A stretch of 64,000 bases of DNA from Selaginella moellendorffii. Its lineage: Eukaryota > Plantae > Lycopodiophyta. The position numbers and the translations under genes were made by a program. The notes under the pieces are model-generated. The model was not told where the DNA came from, ran no database searches, and saw nothing but the letters and a program-made list of their open reading frames with translations. The stretch lies in NCBI RefSeq assembly GCF_000143415.4, contig NW_003314303.1, forward strand, positions 1,456,676-1,520,675, read 5' to 3'. Shown piece by piece: positions 24,385 to 36,795 of the stretch; position 1 is the first letter of the stretch; every line of letters begins with the position of its first letter.

Positions 24385-26550
24385 GGTTTGCCAATGAGAG
24401 TGGTTGTAGCCAGGAGCATCATCCTGCCTAGCATTTGGTACCACCTCTCAATTTGGCCTGTCCTCGAACACACTCTCAAAAAGGTACACACGATGGTTTG
24501 TAAGTATCTGTAGCGGGGCACGCTTGTCATGGGTAGGATCATGGCCAAGGTTGCATGGCAATCAACAGCACATCCACGAGTCCTTGGAGGACTTAGAGTT
24601 ATTAATCTGAACAACATGGCAAAGACACTACGGTACAAAATCCTCCTTATTGGCTTCCAACCAGGTAACCAACCCTGGAGACTCATGTTTAGGCAGAGCT
24701 TGTTGGCAATCCGGCCTAGGCACAACACTCCAAGACTGTGGGAGGAGGATCCATATTGGCTTTTTGCTAAAGGGCCGAAGCAAGTAGTTAAGGGTGGCAC
24801 ATTGGTTCAAGGGTTTCTCAGGCTATGGAGCGAGTTTTCAGTTAGTAGGGTAATGCTAGGGCAAATGGAGGATTGGCTGAACTAGCCGCTATTCTTCAAT
24901 GACCTCTTCAAAGTGGACCACTACACTATCTAGCCACTACATTATTTGGAGAAAGTTGCATAGCAAAGGCTTTCAAACTCTCAAGCAACTAATGGGAGTT
25001 CTGAACAAGGATATGAGGCAAATGCAAGTCTTTAACCTAGGACGGTGGAGGAAATTCCACCTCAATCTTCTTCGCATCATCAGAACGGTGAGTGAGGTGA
25101 AGAAGGGGCAGCTCTAGCCTAGGTGTTGTCTCAAACTTGGAGACTTTGTGGCTCTACAATGGGACGTGGTGCCAGGAAGGGAATGACTCAACTTGGGGGC
25201 TTGGACACGGGTGTTTATGGCCTCGAAACTAGCTTGGGAGGATGGCGATATGGAGGTGTGGTTTGTTGTGTCTCCCGAACAAAATCTTAAGTGTCCTTTT
25301 TGGGTTATGAGAGGTGACATGCTGCTGCCAGCGGGAGATGAACAGGCCATGCCAATGGTGACAGATGATAAAATCAAGGGCAAGATTCAAGTAGTATGAC
25401 AGGCTTTGAAGTAGTTGGTGGTGGTTCAATCGATGGCCACACTAGAGTGGGATAGCATTCTCAGATGGTGGCAACAACAACTTATTGAGGATTTGGATTG
25501 GGACCCAATAGCATGGAAATGAGGAGTAACAAGCTTCTCCTCGTTTGAAGTCAAAGAAGCATGGGATGGTCTCTTGACCAGCAGGGAGGAGGCCCGAGGG
25601 GAGATCCCCAAGCTTTGGAAGAAATGGATCAAGCAAGGAGTTGAAGCAAATCAGGTGGTGGACAACACGTTTGCATTCTGGAAACTATCGGTACAGAAGA
25701 AAGTCAAGGCCGCTTCTTGGTTGGTGGCAAATAACATGCTACTAGTAGGACAACGGTTCTGGGAGGAAGTATGCCGACGATGCAAAGAGTGTGGTGAGCT
25801 AGAGACAGCATGACATGCACTTTGGGAATGTGACATGGACTTTGGGAATGTGATGTGGCAAGAGAGGTATAGTGACAGATCTTCAAGGTGACATAGGAAT
25901 TAGGAGACATTCCAGAATTCGAGGCTTGGAGTGGGGATATCCTCCACTGGTTTGAGGGAGCTAGAAGTCCAGCCATTGGTCCAGCGTGGAGGTGCATCTG
26001 TTGTCATGGATGACACGCATGGAACATGCGAGTTTGGTGGGATGCGACAGGGGCTGAAGTCGGGATGTCAGTTTGGGAGGCAATTGGCCATGAGCGCTAG
26101 TCCATCTGGAGAGCAACTAGAGTGCAAGCACTTTGGGAGCCATGGAACCATTCTCACTTTGATGGGCAACAAGTGAGGATATAGGTAGTGGTGGCATCAT
26201 GGTGGAGACTCACTTTTGCAGTGATGTGTCTTCATTACACCACCCTGAAAGAGCGGGCAAAACCAAGATTGCTTGAGGAGTGGAGGTCTAGGTGGCTCCC
26301 ATGCTTCGGCAAAATGGTAGGTGGTGAGATTCACTGGCAGTGGTGCCCCCCAGACTCTGTTCTACATTCAGCTCATCAGGGAGACTTGGACATCGACATG
26401 ATTCAATTGAGACGACCACGTCCACTTCTACTCCAGGACTAGGTCCAGCTACGACACTAGAGGATCACGTAGAGTAGCTCATTGAGAGGGCAACACACCC
26501 AGTTTTTGTATTAGTCCCATTGGGATATGGGGAATGTACATACACGTTTA
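24385..26550 (+). mobile_element. 5'-truncated L1/Tx1-like LINE (post-RT ORF2, zf-RVT, 3' UTR), decayed
   Basis: SIILPSIWYH, KVAW....P...GGL.VINL, C..C.E..ET..HALWEC and terminal WQWCPPD. The 3' UTR ends AATGTACATACACGTTTA at 26550, followed directly by the 20-bp target. Confidence 0.85.
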
Positions 26551-26614
26551 GCGATCTCACCGAATTGCAGCATCGCAGGGTGTCTTTGACCCTAAATGCG
26601 TCTAAATCCTAAAC
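26551..26614 (+). repeat. 3' tip of a Penelope-like terminal repeat (target site plus degenerate CCCTAAA repeats)
   Basis: GCGATCTCACCGAATTGCAG-CATCGCAGGGTGTCTTTGACCCTAAATGCGTCTAAATCCTAAAC matches 39263-39356 and 40025-40103. Confidence 0.85.
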
Positions 26615-28794
26615 TATTTGTGGTTCAAAAGCATCCAAGCGGGCCTCACCAGCTTTGATTGGTTGCAAAAGCACGTCCACCAAGTAAGCTTAAGTTCTCA
26701 CACTGTTTCTTTTGTCTCTAGAAGAATTTGGTAAATTTGAATAAGAATCTATTGAAGTTGGACCTCTTCGCCAATGGCAAGCCAAGACAACTCTATATAT
26801 TGGCTCTAGAATAGGAGAAATGAGCCACAATGCCCCTCACTCCCTTTGCATGGGTCTAGCACAGCAAGTCTCTAGGTCGGGCATTTGTATTAGCCTCTGT
26901 GTGTTGTGTCCCGCCACTAGAGTGCCACAAAAATCCCCACCCGAAGCTGCTCATTGCCACTAAGGGTTTGGGAGCTAGCTTGAAATCTCCATTTAACAAT
27001 TTTTTTAGCGTCTAGTGCAGCCCAACTCCCCTGATTTGGGTCTGGCATGGCAAATCCCTCACAAAGGCTTTTTACCCCCTTTAGTGTGTTGCTTTGGCAC
27101 CACCAAAGGATCACCAAAAATGCCATGGGAATGCTCCCTACCACTCAAAGCACCTAAGCTGCCTAGACATCACCACAACACTGCCAAGAATCCACCCAAT
27201 CTGCCACTTGGAGAACAAAAATACTGCCCACTGACACCTCTGTTTTCTTTCCCCTCTTGCCCATACTCCACTGTCAGATCCTCTTGATCTAGCGGCCCAC
27301 AATGCTCAAACATTGAGTGCAAAAAATTTTAAGTCCCTACATTTAGATTTTTTGTCTTTTGTGACTATGGAGGAAGGAGCAACGGGAGAAAGCATGTGAG
27401 CATGGTAATCGTGTTTTGAGCTTGCTAGACTACAGTTTAGGGTTTGGCCTGCCCTCTCCTCTTCTCTGAAGGGCTTTTTCGTTTTCTTGCCTAGGGCTAA
27501 CCCCAAGGCACCATAGCAGCTTAGCCTTGCTAGCAGTAGCAGCCGTCGATGCAGCTAGTGCCAACTATAGCAGTAGCCAGCAGCCTACCAATGCTAGGCT
27601 GCTGCAACCGCAACTCCAGCCGGTCAACCAGCTGCATCATGGTTAGCTACCCGCAGCTGCCACACCCACCCACGACTTGCTGCCCAACATGTCGTGGCTT
27701 GGCCTGGCCCAGTAGCGCCAAGTAGTGTCACAAGCTGCCACGCACTGTTGCATGCTGCCCAAAGCCGCCCCACGTGCGCCAAGCACCACCCAGTGACACA
27801 CGGTACTACCATGTACTGCCCAATACCACCTAGTGCCACCCAGTGCTGCACAGCATCACACAGCGTCCTTAGCACTGTGGCTGTCCTTAGCACTACAGCT
27901 GCGACCAATGATGCCCGGTCATTGCCACCTTCGCCACTTGCCATTCTAGTGCTTGTACCAGACAATCATGATGACATGGACCCCTCACTACTCATGCCAT
28001 CAAGGCCAGTAGCACTAGGGAGCTCTAGCCACGCCATGACTGTAGCTGAAGCAGTTCTTGCTCCAACTCCACTAGCTCCAATGTCCACAGCAAGCATGTC
28101 TTGCTCAACATTTGAGTTCAGAACCATGTCATGAACAACCTCGTTATGTGAGCATTCCTAGCTTCTTGCTAAGGCCATCTATGACGAACGTGTGTCGCAC
28201 CAACCACTCTCACCGTATTTTAAGCGAGTTCTAGACACTAGACGTGCGTTGTAGCTCTGCACAATGCATGTTATCACGGCTCACATCGAGACACACATGG
28301 AGAACTTGGAGCAAGATGACACTCTCTTGAGTGTTGCCAACTTCTTTTGCAACGAGGTGTTACATTTGGCATCGCAGTGACTTCCCCCCACCTCCTCTAA
28401 CTCGGGCACAACATAGAATTCCTCAGACTCTATGGCTTGCAGCCTTGACATGAGCAAGCTGCAGCAAAGTACACGACATGGTCCATACTCTGCTATACAG
28501 GAGCATTGTGTGGCAAACACTGCAGTGTCATATGTGGCCAACTATGGCAGCCTGACATCAGAGTAGAAGGTTTCCCAGGCAGAGGGCACTAAAGACGTGG
28601 AGCATGTGAAACGTGCTATTGGCAATACCTTTACTGTCTAGCCAACATGCCAGTTCCCCATGCCGGACTTGCCACGTGCACTTTGAGCCCCATGCCATCA
28701 AAGAGACCTGCTCTTTCTACGTCGATAACTTTCCATATCACTACATCAGATCTCAATTTTAGGATGCATTTGAGTCCCTCCTAAGGGACCATGG

Positions 28795-29387
28795 TGTAAA
28801 CTCCTGAGTTTGGTCTTCCCTGGAGGTCACCCAACCCAGTACTATTCAAACCCAAGGACGCTTAACCCCAATTATCCTAAGACCCTTAACTGATTGGAAA
28901 AGGGGGTGCACTCTTGTTCATGGGCCCTTTCCCTCTATATTTGGACCCCATGGATCGTCTCTCAAGTCGTTCCCTTTGGTTGCTTACAATCCACCATGCT
29001 TCCCTACAAGTTCACACCCTCGTGAACGGAAGCTGAGAGCCGCAGCTCTCCTGAGAGCCCCGCTCTCTTGACACCCTACCCCTCGGCTCGAGCCCAGCGG
29101 GAGCAAACTGGACTAGCCAGATGTTAATCAACATGTGGTGTGATTCCCCTAGCCAACCAACAGAGTCGGACCCGAGACCGCTTTGATACCAAATGTAAAC
29201 TCCTGAGTTTGGTCTTCCCGGGAGGTCATCCAGCCCAGTACTATTCAAACCCAAGGACGCTTAACCCCAATTATCCCAAGACCCTTAACCGATTGGAAAA
29301 GGGGGTGCACTCTTGTTCATGGGCCCTTTCCCTCTATATTTGGACCCCATGGATCATCTCTCAAGTCGTTCCCTTTGGTTGCTTACA
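28795..29387 (-). mobile_element. Complete Cassandra-like TRIM with 5S-rRNA-derived LTRs, inserted in the PLE
   Basis: 194-bp LTRs at 28795-28988 and 29194-29387 (TG..CA) with TSD CATGG. PBS TGGTATCAAAGCGG (tRNA-Met) and PPT-like GGGAAGCATGGTGGAT. The LTR contains GTTAAGCGTCCTTGGG..AGTACTGGG.TGG.TGACCTCC..GGGAAG, matching the 5S A box to C box. Confidence 0.93.
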
Positions 29388-29807
29388 CATGGAGCCTACC
29401 CGCATGGGGTCCTCCCTGCCAACCTTGGCCCTTCGACCGTAGAGCTAAATGCTACAGCGATGAGATGGATTTTCCCACCACCTATGGTGCTAAATCCCAT
29501 GCCATCGCCACCCAACATGGGAGTAAAGTAGCGACCCCCATCGGAGAGAGGATTTCCAGGACCTGGCTCACTGCAATAGCCTCCGTCACCTGTGATGCAT
29601 GGCTCTACCTCACGGCCTATCTAGCCCAAGCCCACCATGTCACATCGACAGGAGCAGCCAGTGTCTATGCCTCCATGCTTGACACCTTTGCCACGGACTC
29701 GACAAGCATCTCCTCATGCTTCGATGCCAAAACGGCTGCCCACACCTCACTCGACTAGACTGTAGCATGTAGTGTCATAAGAGCAACAATGTCCTCCCCC
29801 TGCTCTT

Positions 29808-30689
29808 GTGGACCCTCTAGTCACTCTACCACCTCAAGACTGCTCAACAGCACAGAGGACACGCACAAATGCTGAGGCCATCCCTCTCCAGCTAGAGCGA
29901 TGCTCATGCCAACCAGCTCCAAGATGTACGTCTAAGCCACTAGCTGCGTCACCTCTGCCACTGGCCATTGGAGCAGAAGATGGCTACACACTTGGAGGCT
30001 TCAAGAACATCGATGGAGCCTTCAACAGCATCCTAGCATGCTCCCTGTGAGAATTTTTGTAGGAGTACAACACTCTGGTGTCATCGAGATTAGCTCTCCA
30101 GGGGCTTAAGGACCTGAAAGAGCAAAAGAAACACCTGCAGTCACTCTGCGCACGCCCATTGAAGCTCAAGGTATCTCGTCACGCTCAGGATGGCCTCATG
30201 AGCAAAATTGCTGAGGTGCACGAGCGCTATCTCACAGAGCTGCACGACATTCTCATTAAGGCTTGCCAAGACGAGATTGAGACACTCCAGAAGCTAGTCT
30301 CCTCGGGCCTTAAGGATCTCTTCTGCAGCTGACTCAAGGATCTTGTGACTTTGACACTCAACTATTGTGGCGCCACAAAGCACGACTCCATGTACCACCA
30401 CCTACTTGCACACAAACAATGATGCACTATCAAGTTTGACACTGAGACATCATTCTTCATGGCCGTCAAGGGAATTGAGAACCACACGCAGGCGACAGCG
30501 ACACAATGTCTAAAGGAAGCCATCGACGCGGCAAATGCCTCTGCAAACGCCCTCCCTAAGGAGTAGACCATCGCAAAGCTCGTGAACGCCGCATTCACCA
30601 AGGCCTTCCAAAGCCAGCGACATGCAATGCTGTCAAATGCAGAAAAAAAGAAGAGGAAGCGAGAAGAGAAGAAGAAGACACGAGAGTAA
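29808..30689 (+). pseudogene. PLE ORF1-like coiled-coil/basic protein, interrupted by stops
   Basis: One reading frame (ORFs 29808 and 30078 and beyond) with several in-frame stops. Heptad-rich (LKDLKEQKKHL, QDEIETLQKL) with basic tail EKKKRKREEKKK. Lies directly upstream of the RT. Confidence 0.55.
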
Positions 30690-31199
30690 CGTGATGGCAC
30701 ACTGAGTAAGCATGCACAGGGCCTGAACAAGAGACACCGCATCTTCTTTGCCGCTCACTTTGATGAAGCTGGATCCTAGTCAGCAACACCAGCCCGCAGC
30801 GATTAGGGAAACGGATAGTAGTGGAGTGGGGCTACTAGGACTCCTCCCACCCATTCCGCTGCCTTGGCTTCTTCTTCGAGGGGGACTCCATGCCGGACAT
30901 CTCCAGCTCAGAGTGGTTCCCACGAAAAGAATGCTAGACGTGATGGCCCTCGCCATTCCAGCCGCAGCAGCTCCCTGCAGTAGCGCCCACACTGCACCAC
31001 GGCAGCACAGGTCGTCTTAGGTCCCCAGCAACCATGAGGACATTCACCGACTAGAGGCAGCAAGGGAACTCGCACACGCAGCCCTCAACCTCGCCTTGGG
31101 TAGAGCTTGACCCCTGCCAGCCACAAGAGTAGGACCCCAGCACCATGATGCCACTCTTGCTTGCACTCATGCTTGCCAACCACCAAAGTCCCCATGAAG

Positions 31200-33061
31200 G
31201 GAATCCTCAAGACTACTGGTCACCACTGACTAATCCGTCTAAGGCCATCCTTGATATTGTGGGACAATGTCCAGTCTCAAAGTTCGAGAACCAAGTGGAG
31301 ACTAGAGCCATACACAACCTCTCGACCAGGGCTCTCTTAGCTGCCGATATCCGTCTCCTCTCCCTCGGCTTAAGGTACATCCCGAACTCAACACTACTCA
31401 GAGCCCCACAGATTGTGGAAAGCTCTAATGCTCTCTGCCGAGCCATTTGACTCCATCACCTTTTCAAGGACAACAACTCAGCCCTATTGGAGTTTCGAGT
31501 ACTGAACCCAAGCTTCGAGCCACCTCCAACACCAGTGCTTGTGGAATGACGCCTTGCACACATGTGAGGCAACCTACTCCACAAGCTTGAAGGAGCACAC
31601 AAGTCTTGCTCCTTTGCTCATGGCTGGAATAAGTGTGCTCTCCACTCTCTCGCGACAGACACATCCATCATCATCAAGCCCACAGATAAAAATCTTGGAG
31701 TGGTAATCCTGGATTGCAATTGGTACACTAAGGAGGCTCTCCGCCAGCTGAATGACCTACTCATTTATGTGAAGGTCCCCTCTATGCCATCCAAAATCCT
31801 CCAAGAACACCTCACCAAGCTCATCACAAAGCACCGTAGCTGCCCATGGCTCAACAACTCCACGCAGCAGTTCTTGCTGCACCAGCCTGCCATTCCTTGG
31901 TAGGCTTGCATGCTATATTTCCTTCTGAAAATACACAAGCAGCCAATAAGGGGCCAGCTCATTGCGAGCTACATCGGGACTTTGTGGAAGCCACTCACGC
32001 GTTGGCTTCACCGCCAGCTCTACGACATCCTATTGAAGCAGCCGATGTTTCTTTCTGACTTGCTCACGCTGCTGCAGGACCTCCTCCACCTATAGTTCCC
32101 GTGGGATTGCTGGCTCTTCACGTTCGACATAGAGAGCCTCTACCCAAGCATCCCCACACAAGAGGGTCTCCAATGCCTCCATGACTTCATGTTTGCCGAG
32201 TATGGCCACACCACACGCTCGCGATTTCTCATGGTTGCAGCTGCCCTTGTCTTGGAGCACAACTACATGGAGTTTGATAGTAACCTCTACCAGCAGATCC
32301 ATAGCACAACAATGGGCTCCAATTTTGTGGTGGTCTACACTTACCTCTTCCTCTACTCTCTTGAAGCTGAGTACAAGCATGCCACCAACAATTGGCCTTT
32401 CTACCTACGAAGGTACATAGATGATAGAGTGGGCATTTGGACACATACACGAGCAGGCCTCGAACGATGGCTCCAAGGATATGGCACGTTGTGTCCGTCA
32501 ATCAAGACCACCTCGGTGATCTCGCTTGAGGAGTTGGATATCCTTGATATCCACTTCTTCAAAGGCCCTCGCCTTGAAGAGATTGGCTGCCTCGACTTGT
32601 CCATGTTCTAGAAGCCCCTCAACGCCTACCAGTACCTCCCCTGGATGTCAGTTCACCCACAGCACCAGAAAGTGGCATTCATCCGTAGTGAGCTTCGGAG
32701 ATACCTCCTGCACAACTGATGGATTCCATGCCATGTGCACGCAGTTCTAGCACCGCCTCCATGCCCGGGGATACCTAATCTCATTCCTCCAACACTGCTT
32801 CTCCAGCATCTCCTATGACCAGCGACATCAAGCTCTCCTTGCATGTCCGCGCCGCTCCAGCGATGCTTGTCGGCCCCCCTCACCTTTAAGCTGCTTTACA
32901 CACTCCATAGTGCGCAGCTAGGCTTGGGGGACATCCTAAACCCTAAACAGGTGATGGATGAAGCTCCCGGAGACACACTCCCCCGAGTGATTACATGCTG
33001 GAGACGCTCCCCGAACCTTGGTTCGTTCCTGGTCAGAGCTAAGCTCCCTTCGCGAGCCTAG
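31200..33061 (+). pseudogene. Penelope-like reverse transcriptase (disrupted), without GIY-YIG endonuclease
   Basis: IHNLS..LLSLGLRYIP, IIIKPTDKNLGVVILD, FTFDIESLYPSIP, YQQIHSTTMGSNF, RYIDD (32414-32425), LDILDI, KPLNAYQYL..HP..K..IRSELRRY, ending ITCWRRSPNLGSFLVRAKLPSRA stop. Confidence 0.92.
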
Positions 33062-33089
33062 CCATGTCTTGTACTACACTTTGCAAGAC

Positions 33090-33850
33090 ACAGAAGCATA
33101 TGTTTGCATCCCTCTCTATGTAACTGATGACTCCCAGGGTCAGGCCGATGGATTCTAGGTATGTCCCAGCCACCCCAAGTCATCCCTCACCAGTCAATGC
33201 TCAGTCTATTGTCAAAACTAGAATATTTTCAAATATTCCCCAACAGTCAGATGGTTGACTGAGTCAATGAGGCCTACACCATTTGATTCTACACCTCTTT
33301 CCAAGTGTGACTATGTTGGTCTCATCTCCTAATGATGGACACTACACCTTGGAAAGCTTTCGAATCTTATAATGATGCCATGCAACTACATTGACAACAC
33401 ACATGCCAACACCTAGCAGGAAAAGGGCCTTTCTGCATGACCAAAGGACCTTGGGTACGTACCAGTCACTTCAGGCCACCTCCCCTTTGAGTCAACACAC
33501 GGTCAACGTGAAGTCAACGACCAGAATGAAATATTCCTGAATATTCCCTGACAGTCTTTTTGTTGACTGAGTCAAAACGGCATATACCATCGGATTCCAC
33601 TCTTCCTTCCGATTGTGATTATGTGAGTATCTACTCTGAACTCTATACACAATTCGTTGAAAAGCATCTATTCCATTAAAACGGTGCTGCTCCTCCAACA
33701 TCGGCGACATACACCAGCAGCTCGCGGGATGGTTCTCCTCTATGTAACTGTTGGACTCTGGGTATGTATGAGTGACCCTCCACCATCCCAGTCCACACAC
33801 GGTCAACGCAGGATCAACAGTCAATGACAGAATATTCCTTGCAAAGTGAA
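33090..33850 (+). repeat. Degenerate ~300-bp tandem repeats in the PLE 3' region
   Basis: Recurring blocks: CTCTATGTAACTG (33113, 33737), AATATTCCC..ACAGTC..GTTGACTGAGTCAA (33231, 33540) and CACACGGTCAACG (33496, 33796). Confidence 0.6.
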
Positions 33851-34373
33851 CCACATTTTTCGTCTCTAGGTATGTACAACTTACACAAGCATTGTGGACT
33901 TAATGCATGCATTATATCATGCCACATCTACAAGTTATCTTGCGTCAAAGGTACGTTACTTGCCGGACGAATACTTACTCTCTTTGTCGATCCGCTGAAG
34001 ACATTCTATGCAACTACCACTACTGCTGAGTAACCAGCTCTAGCTTTGCTACATTTGCATCTTCACGAGCCAACGCTGCCACGCCACTTTGCATGGCCGC
34101 CAGATGGACTCGCGCCAAGTAAGAGAGCCAAAATATAAGTAGAGTTGATGCCAAGCTAGGGTTAGGGTAAATGCTAGATGACTACACCCAGATGATGAGT
34201 CCCAAAAAGGACGAAACTAGTCTCGGGTTGTCTCTTGTCCTTTCCCTCACTCTCGAATGAATGAAAATTCATTCCCTTGCCTCCTCTACTTGCTCTTGAT
34301 CATGTTGTTTCGACAATAGCACATGGAGAATGTGGATTGCACAAAGTGGTGCCGCAATCTTGCCAGATTGTAG
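33706..34373 (+). repeat. PLE terminal repeat copy 1 (completed at 39263-39356 after LINE insertions)
   Basis: Direct repeat of 39358-40045. Confidence 0.9.
34184..34231 (+). ncRNA. Minimal type I hammerhead ribozyme motif (core C3 mutated)
   Basis: ACACCCAG-ATGATGA-GTCC-CAAAAA-GGAC-GAAA-CTAG-TC-TCGGGTTGT: stem I, near-CUGANGA core, stem II, GAAA, palindromic minimal stem III and a GUC cleavage triplet. Confidence 0.8.
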
Positions 34374-34603
34374 GTGGCGAGATTCGCTGGCAATGGCGCC
34401 CCCCAGACTCTGTTCTAAGATCAGCTCGTGGGGGAGACTTGGACATCGACATGATTCGCTCGAGACGACCACGTCCACTTCTACTCCAGGACTAGGTCTA
34501 GCTGCGGCATATGAGGATCACGTAGAGTAGCTCATTGAGAGGGCGGCACGCCAATTTTTTGTATTAGTCCCATTGGGACATGGGGAATGTACATACACGT
34601 TCA
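34374..34603 (+). mobile_element. Severely 5'-truncated LINE flanked by a 20-bp TSD
   Basis: Same 3' end as 26320-26550. Flanked by GCAATCTTGCCAGATTGTAG (34354-34373) and GCGATCTTGCCAGATTGCAG (34604-34623). Confidence 0.9.
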
Positions 34604-34623
34604 GCGATCTTGCCAGATTGCAG

Positions 34624-36795
34624 AAAGGAAGACGTGCAGAATTTTGGCTGAGCGTGTTGCAATCTGCCCAAGGGCAAGTAGATGAATGGCTGGTCCTAGG
34701 AGACTTCAACATGGTTGAGGACATCTGCGATTGCAGGGGAATGTAGGAAACAATTCAACCATGCGAGTAGGAGCAATGGAGTCAGCTTGTGGATGCATTG
34801 GGGATCATGGACCTCCAACATGCAGTAGGGTTTGCACCTCATGCTCACCCCTTTACGAGGTGGCAAACAATGAACTCCCAGTCGAGACTGGACCGGATTT
34901 ATGCCTCAACTCGCATATGGTAGGATCCTTAAGACGTGGCTTGGTTTCACTTCCTTCTCCAATCACGACCCCCTCTACTGTGTGATCAAGCTCCAAGGAA
35001 CAAAGGGACAGCAGTCCAGCATTCAATCATGAGAGCAACACTGCAAGACTCGGTGGCAAATAGGCTAATACATGACACCCTTGTGCAAGACAAGATGGGA
35101 CTGATCCCAATGCTCCTATCTTGCTCCTAGAAGCTCCAAGCATGCCAGAAGGACCTCAAAGGTGCAGTGATGAAGGATGTGAGATTGGCCAGGTAGAGAG
35201 TGGCAGCAGCACACAGGATGTTGCTAAACACACAAAATGAGAACAAGTGGCAAGCAGTACTAGATGAATGGGAAGCCAAACTATGTGACATGGAGTATGT
35301 AGCATGGAGCAAGGGTGTCTAGCCATGGAAGATGGATGGGCCCTAAACGAACACCTTCTCAACAAGGCTTTCTTTAGGGGAATCAGGCTAGTGACTAACT
35401 CTCCTCCCATCCTGGGACTGAAGCACAACGACAGGAGGGTCATTGAGGATCAACAAGGGATGCAACAATTTGTTCAGAAGTTTTACCAAGTGCTAGACCC
35501 TAGAGAACGTGGCAGTAGAAGTGCTTGTGTCCCTTCCCCAGCGTGTCCCCCACGAGTGGTACGACTCACTGAGGACGGACTTCACACTAGAGGTGCTTTG
35601 AGAAGCGCTCGGGAAGCTCAGCAACAACAAACAGCTAGGTATCAACGGCCTATTGCCTATTTTCTTTGAGGAGCATTGGGAGACTTTAGGCCCGTTGCTG
35701 TTGCAAGTGTGGTGGGATGCTCAATGTGATGGGGCTTTGCCTCGTGAGATTCTTGAGGGCCAGATTGTGCTAATCCCAAAGAGGGGGGACTTGCAGGAGT
35801 TGAGGAACTGGAGGCCAATCACCATGCTCAACACGTCCTACAAGATCTATGCCAAAATAATGACCCTCAAGCTCCAAGCTGTTATGCCATTGGTCATTTG
35901 AGAACAATAGGCAGGTTTCATTCCAGAATGGCAAATCACAAAAAACATCTGGATGTACCTGCTGGCTCAAAGATGGGTATAGATCTTTGACCAACAAGCT
36001 ACTGGACTTCAAGAAGGCATATGATCGTGTGTACTGGAGGTTTCTAGAGGAGTGTATGCATATGATCGGCATCCTCAGAGAGATGGTTGCTAGGATCTTG
36101 TTACTGTATTGTGGAGCTGCAAGTAGAATCACAATCAATGGTGAGACGGGACTAAGTTTTCAGCTGGGACGCTCGGTGCACCAAGGGTATCCGCTGGTGC
36201 TTTACCTCTTTATGATTGTGGTTGAGGCCCTGGGCACGTTTCTAGCAGAAAGCAGGCGTATCAAAGGACTCACCCTGCCAGCTGTGAGATAGCAACTTCT
36301 GAGAACGACAAGGGTGATTCAAGAACTCCTGGATGGAGCATTTGCAGATGACACGGCCTTGTTCCTACTCGCAATCAAGGAGAACCTGAATGCAACTAAG
36401 AAGGCGCTGGAGACTTTCAACCTCGCAACTGGTGCAACAATTAACTGGAACAAATCAGTGGGCATCAACTGGGGTTGGCCAGGCATCGAGTCCTGGGGCC
36501 AAGACATTGGCTTCCAGTGGCTCAAACCAGGAGAGGACACTAGATACTTGGGGATTCAAATTGGTACCTGGTTCAGCGTAGCACTTCAGAATGACATGAC
36601 TCTGTTCTACATTCAGCTCATGGGGGAGACTTGGACATTGACATGATTCAATTGAGATGACCATGTCCACTTCTACTCCAGGACTAGGTCCAGCTACAAC
36701 ACTAGAGGATCATGTAGAGTAGCTCATTGAGAGGGTAGCATGCCCAGTTTTTGTATTAGTCCCATTGGGATATAGGGAATGTACATACACATTTA
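34624..36795 (+). mobile_element. L1/Tx1-like LINE: part of APE endonuclease plus RT, internally deleted and joined to the 3' UTR
   Basis: WLVLGDFN, SRLDRIY, SNHDP, NWRPITMLNTSYKIYAK, LLDFKKAYDRV, RSVHQGYPL, FADD and YLG motifs, then a jump to the shared 3' UTR at ~36598. Confidence 0.88.

Larger units (their letters stand above)
26615..34373 (+). mobile_element. Endonuclease-deficient Penelope-like retroelement (Athena/Coprina-type organisation), decayed
   Basis: Bounded by terminal-repeat pieces with telomeric motifs. Contains a coiled-coil ORF1, a PLE RT with no GIY-YIG domain, a repetitive 3' region and a hammerhead motif. The 5' boundary is inferred. Confidence 0.8.

Noticed and set aside
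28810-28870. Genuine 5S rRNA gene
   Set aside because: Only the A-box to C-box segment is present, embedded in TRIM LTRs. The 5' part and terminator of 5S are absent.
33121-33160. Additional hammerhead (CTGATGA)
   Set aside because: No stem II followed by GAAA downstream.
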